A stretch of 63,666 nt of DNA, the filler included, from Choristocarpus tenellus KU-1152 (lineage: Eukaryota > Protista > Phaeophyceae): assembly GCA_964200185.2 (NCBI GenBank). It is 11 parts of 11 records of this genome, joined end to end, with 100 filler letters (N's around TTAATTAATTAA, not from the genome) between each part and the next. Parts side by side here need not be neighbours in the genome. Positions count along the whole stretch, not along the records: positions 42,589 to 51,576 come from CAXNAD020004116.1; positions 51,677 to 54,545 come from CAXNAD020024071.1; positions 54,646 to 57,937 come from CAXNAD020020990.1; positions 58,038 to 63,666 come from CAXNAD020010194.1; 7 more parts are not named here. One strand, given 5' to 3'. Of the stretch, positions 50,265-63,666 are shown piece after piece (the first letter of the stretch is position 1; each line of letters opens with the position of its first letter). The notes below the pieces were generated by a model, which saw nothing but the letters and a program-made list of their open reading frames with translations, was not told the DNA's origin and made no database searches. The position numbers and the translations under genes were made by a program.

Positions 50265-51349
50265 AGGGGGGTGAGGGAGTGTATTTTGTCAACGCCTACG
50301 CAGGACCTCTCCCTTTGTTGTTCGAGCGGGGCTTGTTCAGGATAGGGTTAGGGTTAGGGGAAAAAGGCACCCAAGAATACATACAAGTTTGTTATACACA
50401 TTGCTCAGGCTTTTTTTCCAGCATGTGTGAAGAACTGAACGCATGTATTGCAGTGAGCTGTTGCCGTTCTACCAGAAACAGTACTATTTGAAACAGTATG
50501 AAAGGGTTCGAGGATCGAAGGAGAAAAGGGCAGTGGGCTGGAGGCGGGGGCGGGGGCGGGGGGATTCTAGGAAATATTGTTCTGTATTTGTATACAGCCT
50601 TTTCCTTAGAGGTGTAAGAGAGGAATAAGAACAACCGAATATTCCCCTACATTATTCTGAACAAGAAAGAAACACACACGCACGCATACATCAATTTATT
50701 TTCTCAATACTTGCTCTGCCCGAAAGTGTAGAGAGAGTTATCGGACAGAACAAGGTATATACATATATATATACATTCCCTCTGCTGTACCAACACTATT
50801 TTATTTTTATCACCACCACCGAGGTCTTTTTTCGCTTTATTGACAGATTACAACAAAAATAATAGTGTGCAAGGTCGACCCGTCACAAATCAAAGGTGCC
50901 AACAAACAGAGGGCTCTAAATTTAAATGTATCTCCAAGAGAAATGCCTCGTAAACGCCTACACCGGGTTTAAACCCTCCCCTCCCTCTCAGTTAAGCCAT
51001 ATTTTTATTTCTACTACAAACTTTATTATTATCTTAGCATCCAATCTGTATCCATCAAACAGAAAAGTGACAAAAAAAAATGACCGTCACGTGCAGGAGA
51101 TTCATAACAAAAAAGAAAACCCTGCTCAATTTTTAGAAATAATAACGACGACGAAAAATTTACGCTCGCGATGCAGATAGAAAAAATATATATTAAAACA
51201 TTTTTTTCTTCTTTTCTTGGCGACAACAACAGAGACAAACGCACATACAACATCAACATTTTCTGTGTGGGACACCCAAACCAAGACGTTCCAGGGGACA
51301 AGGGTGCCCAACGAGGACATCGACCTCGGTCCACTGTCGAGATGCCCTT

Positions 51350-51390
<41 letters not shown>

Positions 51391-51919
51391 ATGAAGAGTT
51401 GTAACACCTTGCCTGCCATGGCATGTCACATGATTAACTCCTCAAAACGACCTCTGGGAGATTTCTTAACGGGTCCTGTTCAAACCTCTTCATGTCTCAA
51501 CTGACTAGCCACGGAAAGCTGGGCAGAGGGAGGCGCAGGGGGGGTGCAGTATAGGATGGATGGAATTGAGGCATCGNNNNNNNNNNNNNNNNNNNNNNNN
51601 NNNNNNNNNNNNNNNNNNNNTTAATTAATTAANNNNNNNNNNNNNNNNNNNNNNNNNNNNNNNNNNNNNNNNNNNNGTCAAACTCATCCTCCATAAAATG
51701 CTCCATCCTCAATATTGGTGATCGGCTGTTATATCTGTGGAAATAGTCTCTTGAAGAGATTCCATGGATTCATTCTCACGGAAATCAGGGATTCTTGACA
51801 AGGAGCCTCAACCAGTATAACGATATGTTGTGGCACATGGTAATAATGGATTAATAACTGCTTTCCACACACATAGGATAGCAATTATAATTGAAGGTAA
51901 ACATCATCAGTGTTAATAT

Positions 51920-51975
51920 TTTTATGCCCTCTGACATTTTGCAGATGTGTCAGGGGGAAAACCAAAGAAAACTAC
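51920..51975 (-). mobile_element. Short copy of the stem-loop + (AAT)n element
   Basis: TTTTATGCCCTCTGACATTTTGCAGATGTGTCAGGGGGAAAACCAA. Confidence 0.75.
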
Positions 51976-52479
51976 CTTATCAGTAGCATCATTAAGTTCA
52001 TTAGTAGTAGCCACTATTTACTACTTCGAAGTATTAGACTACGTATCGTATGTACACTATTTCGAGAGTAGAAGATCTCATGAAGACAGACGACACTTCA
52101 AAACGGTCGCTGTGTTACGACAGAAGGGTTTCCGGTCTAAGCAAATCTACGACAGGGAACCTGTTTTATCCGTCACAGACCAACCGCAGAAAATGGTGAA
52201 CAATACAATACGTACCAGAAAATACAGAGTAAAAATGTCGAATGAATGCTCGATCCAAGCAAGGCAAGAGCACCTTAGACACAACACAACCAACAACCAG
52301 TGTTGTACTTAAAAACCTTCTCACATCAACACAACAAGGCAACTACTGCTACTGTAACCCAATAGAACCACCTGACTGATCGCAAGTCCGTTTGCACAGA
52401 ACAAATTCGATTATCTCATCAAGTGCCCCCAGGGCTAGGTCAAGCCACTTCCGATCTCCTGACGATTACTATAGGAACC

Positions 52480-52880
52480 ACGCCAAAAAACAATGCCGTC
52501 AGCTCTCACTTCAACAACCTCAAACCGTTGTCTACTTACTCCTTGGGCATTTCCTCTTCTCACAGTAATTTGTTCCAACAAAAAAAAACTTTCCTTTCAA
52601 CTGCAGTAACAGCAAATAACACTTTTCCTTCTATGTCAGAAAACATTCATGGCCTGTTCAATGGATGTCCAATATCAAAAGAGTTGTGACAAAATACACT
52701 TTCAGGGCAATATTAACTCGAAGTCCATCACCAACAGCCTCACTCTTTGCCCATACTTGGAATGATGAACGCATATTTCATGTGAATACAGCTTGCTTAC
52801 TAACCATCATCATGCTCCGATCTGGAGAAAACTACGCATCTAGACTTCTCTTGAGGAGATGTTTAGAAAACAGTTATTTG
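52480..52880 (+). mobile_element. Possible highly decayed Gypsy RT-RNase H junction
   Basis: ILTRSP..WNDERIFHVNTA..NYASRLL..ENSY resembles LT.AP.L..PD...F.V.TDAS..AYASR.L...E.NY. Confidence 0.35.
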
Positions 52881-54396
52881 ACCAACAGATAAGGACCAGC
52901 GCACACATTTGACACAAATGAGGTACACCCCTCATCACAAAAAGCGCGCAATTCACTTCTACAAACTGCACACACACAACTGACGTGTAAGGTTCCAACC
53001 TTCATCACACACAAATCTGCATAACCAGCCAAACAAACGATAAAGATAGAAAAGGTTACAAGCACACGATATCAACACTCTTCAGGGACAACCTAGAAAG
53101 GACTGTTCAGGGACATGCCTCCACAATGCAATGAAGACTGCCCCCACTGCTGATTGTGTACCAAACACCACCAGCCAAAAGAAGGTGGCTCTTGAACTCC
53201 CCCCCAGAAGCTCACCCAGTGCGCAACGCTTCCTACAAAATAAAAATACTATTATGAACATGGGCATATCGTACCCAGGCAAAAAATGAAAAAAGGAAAA
53301 GTCTCCTGACTGACTGTGACGTAACAGTTAACGAACTGTGTACCCAACTACCAGGAGGGCACGCTCCTTACTGCCTTACATCACCTCTCTCCTTCACCAC
53401 CATCCCTCTGATCAAACAACCATCAACATAGGTCACAGCACACTATGGACAGGCGGGTGGATGGTCGGATTGACTGGGGTCACCTGTCAGACGTAACCAC
53501 TAACATGTTGCCCGCGCACACACACGCGCGTGCGGGCGTGTGCGCACTGCAGACTTTGGTATACAGGAGGACCAACGTTTTCCAGCACCAAGTAGTACAT
53601 AAAGTGTGTGTGAACCAACAATAAAGGTACAGGGCGCATGAATGGTACCGTACAAGTCACCGACTAGGGCGAGTTGATACTACATCCAGACCACATATAC
53701 GGATGATCTCCCTGTTGAAGCCTTCGGGGTTGTCCTGGCAAAGAAGGTACAGGGGGAGAGGGGGTATAGAATGGATGGTCAATATGGTGGGGAGGAGGGG
53801 GGGGGGAAACCACAGATGTAATGGCAATGGATTTATCTCTACTCGAGGAGCAATTAACAAAAGGATTTCAGGCATTCTAGAGGGGGAAAATACAAGCAAT
53901 CAGAGAAATGTAATCCAATATGAAAAGGGCCAGGTCACCTCGGTTTAATGTGCCCAGGGATACATTCCAAATACAGCACACTAAAATGCAATAATCACCA
54001 CCCAGGATGATGGAGACAGTCCTAGAGCAACGCCTCAGAAAGCTATGAAAACCCCGGAAAGATATATATTCAGATCGGTACGACCATGATGACAGAGCTG
54101 CCATTAAAAAAAAATTGAGAGATGTTGGTTTGATCACGATCTCCAGCAGCGCAGAGTCAACAGGAGTTGCAGAAGATACAAGCACACCGTACTGTAACCC
54201 TTAAGAGCAGTCGTTGTTGCCAACATGTGCTTCCCAGGTAGAACATTCAACACGTGATGATTTGTCAAGAGTGGGATAGAAAATGCAGGCAATAGATATT
54301 ATATATATCTGCACAGGCAGTGTATACTCAGGCAACGACCCCAACACAAAGAGGATCAAATAAATAATAATAAAAAATAATAGTCGATAAACAATT

Positions 54397-54545
54397 GGCC
54401 CAACATATCTGGGGGGGGGCAGCTGTCCATTTGGGGCCCATTATTCCATGTCACGATTGTTGGGTGATTTGGTTGCATGCATCAGACGGATAATGTAAGT
54501 GCATTTCTCCTGGTCAGACCCTGAATGGACACCCTGGTGTACACC
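54397..54545. mobile_element. MITE family B copy running into the gap
   Basis: GGCCCAACATATCTGGGGGGGGGGCAGCTGTCCATTTGGGGCCC matches the reverse complement of 1-56. Confidence 0.7.
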
Positions 54546-57500
54546 NNNNNNNNNNNNNNNNNNNNNNNNNNNNNNNNNNNNNNNNNNNNTTAATTAATTA
54601 ANNNNNNNNNNNNNNNNNNNNNNNNNNNNNNNNNNNNNNNNNNNNTTCCTCAATTTTGAGATTCCCCTGTTATATGTAATGTACAATCTTTCTCAGGCTA
54701 TACATGATTGATTCATATGATGGTATTGATTCAGCTACAATAAGCAAGTTCCAACCTCGCCGTTTATTACGTCAAGTTATTTTTTCTTTTCTGTATTACC
54801 CATCATGTAGTAACTGATGAATGACCAACTATTGAAGATGCCAGGATGGCATCATCCATGTGTCTTTTTCAAAGCTGGGTGGCTTGCCTCGTTCATGATT
54901 GCTCAGAGTGCTGGGGAGACATCATTTATTTGCTCAGACAAGCCTCTCGCGTTTGCTCCTTGGGAGTCAACAAGACCACTCATTGGCATGCTTACTTTGA
55001 TGCTTCATTTCCATTGAACCAAGAACTTGGTTCAGGTGTGGCTTGAGCCTATTAGAGTCAATTGTCACCTCGAAATTTCTTCAACTTCAAGTTGATCTAA
55101 TCTGATTCCATGTCCAATTTAATAGATAGTGGTTATCACTGCTTGATTAACCAAAGCAAAAGCAACTGAAGAAACAAGGGAAGGATAATGTAACTTATCC
55201 ATCCACAGAAAATCGAATTTACTATTTGTACCTCTTCTCTAGGCAAAGAAAGGCAAGAGCAATTTCAGTAATTCTTCGGAGTTTCTGGTGAAAGTCGTCT
55301 TTTTTATTTTGGTTCAAAGAGTTAAATCAATGAAGAGGTAGGCAGGGTTTTTTTATAAGGATACCGAGAAAAATAAAAAAACATAATTTTTTGGTTCAGT
55401 TTATACTCACCCCTTCAGAACACGAAATAGGTTTGTCAATAATAGTATACATAAATACGAATGTGTATGTAAATCGTCCATCAAACACTTGTTGACAAGA
55501 TATCTCAAAAAGAAAAAGGTAGAGTTTTTCCTATTACTTTCTCAATCCAACCGTTTGTAGAAAAAAAAATGCAGCAGGGGTTAGTACCCACTGATTCACT
55601 AAACGTGACAACAAGAACAGTGAACCTCCTGTGGAACATTTTCGGAAAAGTATTGTGTACGATTATTATTCCGCTGGAGTACTAGCACTTCGTGTCTTAA
55701 CTATACTCTGGTCACTATCCTGATTTGCGGTTAGAGGCACTACACACTGCACTATGCTCAAACTAACGAGGGTAGTTGCTGTAACTGCAACTAACTGTTG
55801 CGCTGTGTCTATACTGCCTCCGTTCATCCCTTGGATCTAGCATGCTGGGCCCCGCCAATCCCACCGCTCGTCGCTTCATCCTCTCCCTCTTATCTTATCC
55901 TGGACCACCTTGACGCTGCCACCTCGAACTTGGTGCGGCATCTTGTAGTATATGCGACAAACAGGTTAAGATAGCTGTACAATCCGTAGTACTTGGTCAC
56001 GTAAAAATTAACATTTACGCAGGCAGGTTTGGACCTTTTGCTTTCTATAATAACATATTTCTTACCATTTGGAACACACCCTATCACATTGGTGTATGTG
56101 CACAATATAGTGTACATAAACTGAAATTATTCCCCTTTTCAGCCACAAAATTGCACAACGACAACAGCATTTTATTAAATGGAGGCCCCAATCCCCAAGT
56201 TGTGGAGAAGAGAGCTACAAAGAATCGAGTAAAGTGCATGAAAATACTGGTGGACTCGCATTGGAATGCCTTGTTGTTTGTCTGCTCTTGAGAGGAAGAC
56301 TAGGGTCAAGGGATAAGAGGCGAGACAAAAGATTCTGACGTTAGACAAGCAACAGTCGTGAGGGCAAGTGTTACAGCACGCTCCAGAACTCACCTCCAAA
56401 GGATGTGCAACTCAAATCCAACGATCTTAAGACGACGCTAGAGGGGGTCCACAGTTGATAGCCACGAATGTGTGTCAGCTACTCTTCTCTTGATGCTTCA
56501 ATCAGTGCTTAGCTCAATGCTTGACTTAAGTTTTAATCGAGATAAAAGAGTGGGTTAAGATGTACTTTTGTGGCAGTCAAAGTAATCTTTGTTGCATCAT
56601 CCACCAGAGTTCTACAAAATACAAATTGAAAGACATCTGCCAACTGTTGTATACGTACTCAAATTACAAATCTTTCCTGCAACTACTTCCAAGAAATCAG
56701 CATTTATTCTGTAAGGCCACTGATGTGTTACTAATCTCGTATACTGCTCGCGCTTTCTGGAACACGATAAGAAATGCTCGCGCTATTTGCCTGTAACACG
56801 AGCCCCGTTAAGTAGAGCGGAAAAAGATGCATTATTCCTCTTTAACCACGCAATTGTGAGAAATAAGTACTCTATGTCTCAAACCCGACAACAGCAGTAA
56901 CTCGGTGTGCGCACAAATTTTTAGCACATACGTGCGGAGATCAAAAACATGTCACAGTACCTATCAATCAAGTAGTATTTAATATCCATCTCCATCGCAA
57001 CTCTCGAAGCAAATTCACTCATCAAGAACTACATTATTGCCTTATTATGGAGATATATGGAGGCATATTCTAGGTCCCCTCTCTTTTAGCCTTCCTCTCC
57101 AAATCAAGGAGTATTGTACCACTTCGACAAATGGAGCCCGAGGAAGACTCGCCCCTCCACTGCTATTACCACCACCACCCTATGTTTTGGTCTTGTCTCC
57201 TGACAATTCACCCTCTTCCTCATCAGCCTTAGTAGCAGTGCCTATAATTCGAGCTACCTCCACTACCTCAAACCCTTACATCCTATGCCAGGACCTCAAA
57301 TACATCCTCCTCGGTTGGATAGCATTTGCAAGATACACAAACACTATAGTAGTGCAGAAAAGTGTACCTCAGTACATACATTGCCTCCTCGTCTTCCTTT
57401 CCACTTCTGAAGCTTTTTTTTCCTGACACCAACTTGTAATTGATCTCATGTCAACACTTTATCACTCTGCAATATTGACTTGGTTGATCTTGTGTCCGAC

Positions 57501-57767
57501 CAGCAAATTTAGCACTTCTCCTTCCTGGGCAAAGATACTTGTTTCTCTCTGTTGGCATCGCTGATGTATCCTTGCGCTTTGCCGTGCTGGACAAGCTTCT
57601 GCCTCCAACATTGTTGGCGGAAAACTCCCCCAGAGCTGATTCTTTGCCATGCAGCTGTATCTTACTAGAGACAAGAAGGTTATTTTTTCCAATTGGAGGA
57701 GGAGCCATTGACATATCGAGTGTCTCATTGTCACTGGTGCTGTCGTCGCTCTTCTCCTCAGGAGTGT

Positions 57768-57937
57768 GAGTCAGAGTATCTGGGGGGGGGTGTCGGCGTC
57801 CGTTTTTCACCCTTTTTTCAATTTTCTCTTTTTTGGTGTGATTTGGTCGCACGTGTCGGATTTGAAATGTCAGCAAAAAAAAAAATAGTTTTTTGACCGA
57901 AACAGACGGCCCCTCACAAAAAAGTGAAGCCAACCCC
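57768..57937. mobile_element. MITE family B-type terminus running into the gap
   Basis: GAGTCAGAGTATCTGGGGGGGGG..GGCGTCCGTTTTTC matches the reverse complement of 17018-17062. Confidence 0.75.
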
Positions 57938-58037
57938 NNNNNNNNNNNNNNNNNNNNNNNNNNNNNNNNNNNNNNNNNNNNTTAATTAATTAANNNNNNN
58001 NNNNNNNNNNNNNNNNNNNNNNNNNNNNNNNNNNNNN

Positions 58038-58540
58038 GTACTTTGGAAGCATCAAGCAGTGTCCTCCAAGACGCTCAATCAGAATCTTAAGACTTGGTTC
58101 TACCACCTTGAAATCCGGCTGCTCCCCAAGAATGTACGCCATGTTCATGCTCTTATTCCTGTCCTTACCCCTGTCCTTGGTCATGCCTGGGATAAGCAAA
58201 CCTCTCGCAAAATCTGTCTCATCCCCTTAACCCATCCAACATGCTCCTCTGGAGGCATGTTTGACTGGTCGAATAGGGGTGGATCACCCTGAGGGGATGT
58301 GAGCGTCTGAATATCACCAGCTTTCATCAGATGTGTATCTGCCAACAGCCTAAGTGGATAGTTGTGGCGTCAACTTCACCCCCTTCCTTGGCCGCCTACT
58401 CCGACATTGATACTGGAGACAGACGTTGCAACCTCTTCCAGACAATCGTACAAAGAAGACCATTAAAGAAAGAACACCAGCCTGTACTTCTTCTCTAGGA
58501 TCACTTCAAGCAAATCCATTACATCTGCAGTGTGGTCCAA
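58038..58540 (-). mobile_element. IS630/Tc1-like DDE transposase fragment, frameshifted and cut by the gap
   Basis: INVGVGGQ, VKGMRQILRE, ILGEQPDFKVVEPSLKILIERLGGHCLMLPKY, the stretch that normally precedes HCELNPIE. Confidence 0.75.
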
Positions 58541-59546
58541 CAGCACAGAAAGGGACCGTGCACGGAGATTGAACGCCACACACGTACACACTCCACAGTC
58601 CTTCACAAGCTAGAGATTGCACTCCTATAGCTGTCTCAACTCTAAACATTACCATTCACAACCAAAACTTGACAGGAGACACGTACCCACCACTCAAGCA
58701 CACAGTTCTACCCCTGGAACTAGTGGTCTCACTTCCAAGCAACATCACACTAAGTCGTGGCCATGAAATTGTTGTAGCACTCAGGCTAGCCACGACATGG
58801 CCAAGACTCCCCACTCCCTATTCACTCTCTACTTGTATCCTATACCACTACTGAGTAAATATAATTTTAGCACAGGTTACAAATCTACATGATTTTAGTG
58901 TGGCGGTGGTGTCACTCCAGTGTGCCCTGACTGGTGTATTATGAGAACATGGTTCGACAAAACCCGACCGCATGAAATGATGTTGAGGAGAGTAGTTATT
59001 AAGAGGGAAGATATGGATTCTCTTTGCGTGGAAATATTTTATTATTATACAAGAGGACAATAAGGGAATGTTGTGAATCTTAGCGATTGCTGTATCGGTC
59101 CGATTCGATTAAACCGTAAAAGCTTGGGACCGGCTAATTGTTTATTTTTTCCTGGAATATTTCGAGAGGACAGACACACGAACAACCGCACAATCACCAT
59201 AGAGTCCAAGTAAACGAGACCCAGGTTTTGATCGCTTTGCAGTTTAAATTTTTGGCAGAATGCAGAAAGTCCCTGCACCCATTTATACATACAGCAAAAT
59301 TTTATACTTTTGTCAGCATCCTTAAGATGGAACCCTGAATACTTCTCGTCTATATGACTCAAAAATATATCTAGGACAGCACAGTAAGCCATGAATATCC
59401 CCATGTACTCTGAAGACGGTGAGGGTGGGTACCTTTATGAGCATGGAGTCAACCTATCTGTTGGATAGACCCTTTTGTATGTGGAGGATGATGGCAAGGA
59501 AGGTGAAGGGTCACATGAAGAAGTAGAATATGCCTTGGAGGCACAG

Positions 59547-59757
59547 AGTGAGTCATCAGTGATTAAGATGGGCTGCTTGCTGGCAGAAGATCCCCGTATC
59601 AAGACCCACCACTACTGTATAGATCTATGTCTGGAGTGTATGGCTGGTATAGCGTTCAGAAAGTGAGTCATCAGTGATTAAGATGGGCTTCTTGCTGGAA
59701 AGACCCACCATCACTGTATAGATCTACGTCTGGAGTGCATGGCTGGTATAGTGTTCA
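59547..59757. repeat. About 115-bp tandem duplication, second copy with an internal deletion
   Basis: AGTGAGTCATCAGTGATTAAGATGGGCT.. at 59547 and 59662. Confidence 0.9.
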
Positions 59758-62700
59758 ACTGGGAAGGGGTTAAAGATGCCATGAGATCAGGTCAGGCAGT
59801 TGTTAGCCTCAACACAGGATTTTTTGAGGCCAGAGTGGGTTATTGAAATCCAGAGTGAAATTTTCTAGAAATCATTGTTTTTTCGCTATTTTAGTTCTAT
59901 GAGACGCAACTGGAATTTTGTCTTGAATATTGTAGTTTTGTCACTGGTGTGGAACTTGTGCAGGCCAAACCACTTGCTGTTGGCTGTACTGATGCAACAT
60001 GCGAGTAACACTCACAGGCACTCACCACGCAGCAACAAGAACAAGAAAGGAACAAGCCTTGTTTCTTCACCTAAATCTGCCCACTACACCCACATGGCAC
60101 CATAACCTATCTATGAGTTCTGTTCGTCCATGTAAGAGCGCGAAATCGCTGTCCAGAAGTGGCAGAAACACACACACCAGAAGGAAGTCACCAGGACCCC
60201 AAATACTCAACGACACCCAAGGCCTCCCTCTATGATAGAATGAATCGCAACAACAGAGCACAAGTAGCATATTGCACACATCACTTACAAGCAGACTCAT
60301 GGCAGGGGCGGGAAGTGGGTTTGTGGTGTGAGATGTGATGTATGTTTGTATGGGGAGTACCAGCGCTACCCTGCTCACTTTGTCCAACAAACCTGTACTC
60401 CGAAGTATTGATTTTTCCCTCAGTTCTCTGTTTGGCAGCCCTTCCTTGAAGCGTGATACTTAGCTACCACAACAAAGGTGCACGAGGTGACATATTTGAG
60501 GACCCTTAAAAGTTTTTGAAGTTCGTCGTGTTTATTTGAGTTGTAATTCTCTGGCCAAGCCCTCAAGTTCGCTTAAATTAAAGTTCTGCTCAGGTAAAAG
60601 TAAGAAAACCTAAAAAAATAAAAAATAAAGTCAAGAAGAAAAACCCTTGAGGGCTAATTAATTATTTGAAACTCTCAACACAAAACTAGTTGTACGGTGT
60701 AAGAAATGGGCACAGGTCATCATAATTTTTTCTGTGTCCTATGAATATTAAGCAAAGGTGTAGACAGTACTGGACAGACCACTATACACTATTATGTTGT
60801 TGTGTTCGTTATGTGTTCTGTGTCTCTGCCACCAATGACAGTTATTTTAATCCATCCACTTCAAAGATCTACGATGTACTATTATATCCATCTGTAAAAC
60901 TTCAGGGTCGATCTATGATCTTTCTCTTGATGATACAACTAATTATCAACTCAACAATTGATATATATTACTGAGATTCGTATGACTGACATTGTTACAC
61001 ATGTAAGTAGCAGTATATTCCAATAACAGTAACAACTGTCTTCAGCAACAAAAAATAAAAGATCACCACTAGAATGAGTTGCAGGAGTATTATCCATCAT
61101 CAATGTTTGAGTTCAATGCGACCAAAGAACAGCAAGATTGGCTGATTGACTGCTTGTTGCTGACAATGCCTTCAGAGCATGAGAATATAGACTCAAATTT
61201 GTGACTTAATTGCTATTACTAGCTGTCTGGAGAAATAAAGCTCTTTGACAAGGCGAAATCCATTCATCATAGATTACCTTCCCCATTCATTGTGTTTTAA
61301 ACTATTATTGTGGCCAACAATTAATTTTGTTTGGAACATAGCATGCACAGCTCTACATAGTATGCACTCCAGCACAACGTAGTACCAGAAAGAGCAGCAA
61401 CAGATAGGTACATTACATGCAGCACGCATCGATAGACGATACAATACCTGACCTATTGCTTTGTACTCCTCCAGACTTAAGCATGCATATGCAGCTATAA
61501 TATATCTATGTGACAGCAGACATACTGGCGACATGTGATCAAGAATATCCGTATGGCCAGCAAATGGCACATAAATTTTGATGCGAAACAAAACGAAATG
61601 TAGCTGCTAAATTTTCCTACTGCAGCTACAACCTAACTGTATAATCACAGACAGAATCTCGAAATGGGCAGAATTGCCAGATAGATGTGCCCGATGCCTA
61701 TCATATCTGGTCTCATTTCCCCCTCCAAACAACCATTCTGAAGGGGAAACAAATACTTCAAACAAGAAGCGAGACCATACACACTCACCAACCAACCGAG
61801 CCTTTCCGCCCGCCTTTGAAAGTTCTCTTCTCCTGCTGCTGGCTATGATCACACTGCCACCAGCTGTAGTGGTGATGCATCCACTACATTGACTCAACAA
61901 AACAATGCGAAGAAAAGCAGAAACCACTTCATATACACCCAAACACATGGACACATAGAAACACACAACAATCGACAAAATCCATGACATGCGCATTCGC
62001 ATGAACAAGGGATGGCAGGAAGGTATAGCATCAAGCTATATACACCACCCCTCTAATGTCTTGTTGGGATCAATCGCAACGAAAAAAACATTCTTAGACA
62101 CAGTCAGTCCTCTCCTGTGCCGCACCCTAGTATATTCACTGTACCTCACCTCGCCTCAGGAGGAGGGTCAGCAGAGAGAGCAGGAAAGGGCAGTAGTCAC
62201 GGAGAGGGAAACATACAGCGAAAACAAACACAGAAACACCACCTTATGGACCGGAATCAACTTGTGGGAGAGACCAGGCCAATCCAACCCTGGCCTGCCT
62301 ACTGAAGGCAATTGCCTAGCCATGCATCAACGACAACAGACAAAAAAGGCAAAAGAGACAAAACGAAATAGAAGTGCCAGAAAATATATTTATTCTTTCC
62401 ATCCTTCCCTCCCTGTCCCAAGGCACCAGCAAGGGGAGTGGGCGCGCACGAAAAGGCTGCAGGATATCTCCATACATGCCAATTGTTGGCTAAAATGCCA
62501 ACCACATTTTTATGACTAAAACAATAGCAGAACCCAGTTTTCTTTTACTGCGGAAACATAACCATCTTGAGACATACGTATGACAGGGTCACTTATCATG
62601 GCCCCCTCTGCTCCTCTCGACTATGGTGTTTTCTCATTAATATAACACGATGCGAATTCCCAGACCATGCGTCACAAAAGTTGGTACAACCGTTCTGCAT

Positions 62701-63666
62701 TCAAGTGTTGCGCCAAGGTTTGACAAGCAACGTGACACTGACGCAGAAGCTGAAGACGCGGTCCAAATTGCACAAAATTGGTCACACAGTCACCCGACCT
62801 CTCCCTGCCTCTTCCCTCGTCACCGGAAGGTAAATACAAGTCCCTTAATCTGATGTCTATCTCATCACCAAAGAAACCTCATGGCAAACCGATGGACAAA
62901 GCTCAGAGACTTTCTGAAGCTTAATAGATCAGTTGAGGATGAGCACCTTTATGATCCTTAACCCTCCTCCCCCTTCCCCACCCTCCACTGTATCAGCTCA
63001 CATCCCTTACTCTCACACTCCTGACCATGAACTAGTTGACAGTATTTGACCTGCCAATTCATTGGCTACAAACAACACCTGAAACCCCAATCCATTGGAG
63101 GGAACATTCCACTCCTCACAGAGTTTTACATAATTTGGTGTACGAACCTTCATGTATAACAGTGCACCTTTCTCTCCCTGACCTCTTGGCCCTCAACTCC
63201 TTGCCACATCAGCAAGAACAGCGCACACAGGAGATCATAGAGCAAAAGGGGGGATAACACACCCCTGTATCCTTTCCCTTTTATTCCTTCCCTCCATACC
63301 TCCTCCCCACACAGCAAAGCTGAACCTTCAGGCCATGTAATCTCATGACAGCCTATCCATGTACTCACATCACTTTACAGCAACTTGTGTCCACGAGTAC
63401 AGTCCTGCAACTGCAGGCAACAGCAAGTCCAGCAAGAGTGATGTTCAGATCACACCACTCCCTGCTGACCTACAAATCAAATAATCTATATGCCTAGTTT
63501 CTCAAAAGAGAGGACGCCCTCAAGAATGCATGTAAAGGAGGCATCACATTTGCGCACTTCAAGAAGACTGAAACACGAAAAAAAACGAGGGGGGGGGGGG
63601 GGGGTAGGGGAATCAAAACTCATAACCGCTGGTAGGCAGTAAGTTGCAATGATACAATCATAACAG

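Noticed and set aside
55890-56440. Fatty-acid elongase or LRR exons (SYLNLFVAY; LRSLDLS)
   Set aside because: Motifs are too short and I could not build a phase-consistent exon chain.
1-63666. GT8, RING, CXXC, GST and RGS genes as a functional cluster
   Set aside because: Each is on a different contig joined by artificial linkers; there is no evidence of physical linkage.

Overview
Eukaryotic, intron-rich, transposon-rich DNA. It most resembles a stramenopile, probably a brown alga; this is an inference from the 7TM-RGS gene, interstitial TTAGGG tracts, long GT-AG introns and Gly/Ala-rich insertions. The window is not one locus: it is 11 contigs joined by ten identical artificial 100-bp linkers (N44-TTAATTAATTAA-N44), so neighbourhood across linkers means nothing. 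Host genes rebuilt by hand from splice sites: (1) a >1,200-aa minus-strand IPUT1/PGSIP6-like GT8 glycosyltransferase with degenerate catalytic motifs, a multi-TM region and an extra beta-trefoil-like domain; (2) an intact two-exon TM + RING-H2 E3 ligase; (3) a long minus-strand gene with a CXXC zinc finger, an acidic tract and coiled coils, with a 134-nt foldback in one intron; (4) the first exon of a glutathione S-transferase; (5) six exons of a TM-anchored RGS protein whose usual G-alpha contact residues are altered. The rest is decayed Ty3/Gypsy, Ty1/Copia, pogo and Tc1-like elements, a very abundant MITE family (termini GNNYSAAAGTATCT, 3-bp TSD) that sits at about half of the contig ends, a dispersed stem-loop + (AAT)n retro-element tail, and simple repeats. 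No rRNA, tRNA or CRISPR array is supported. All homology calls are motif recognition by eye, not database searches.
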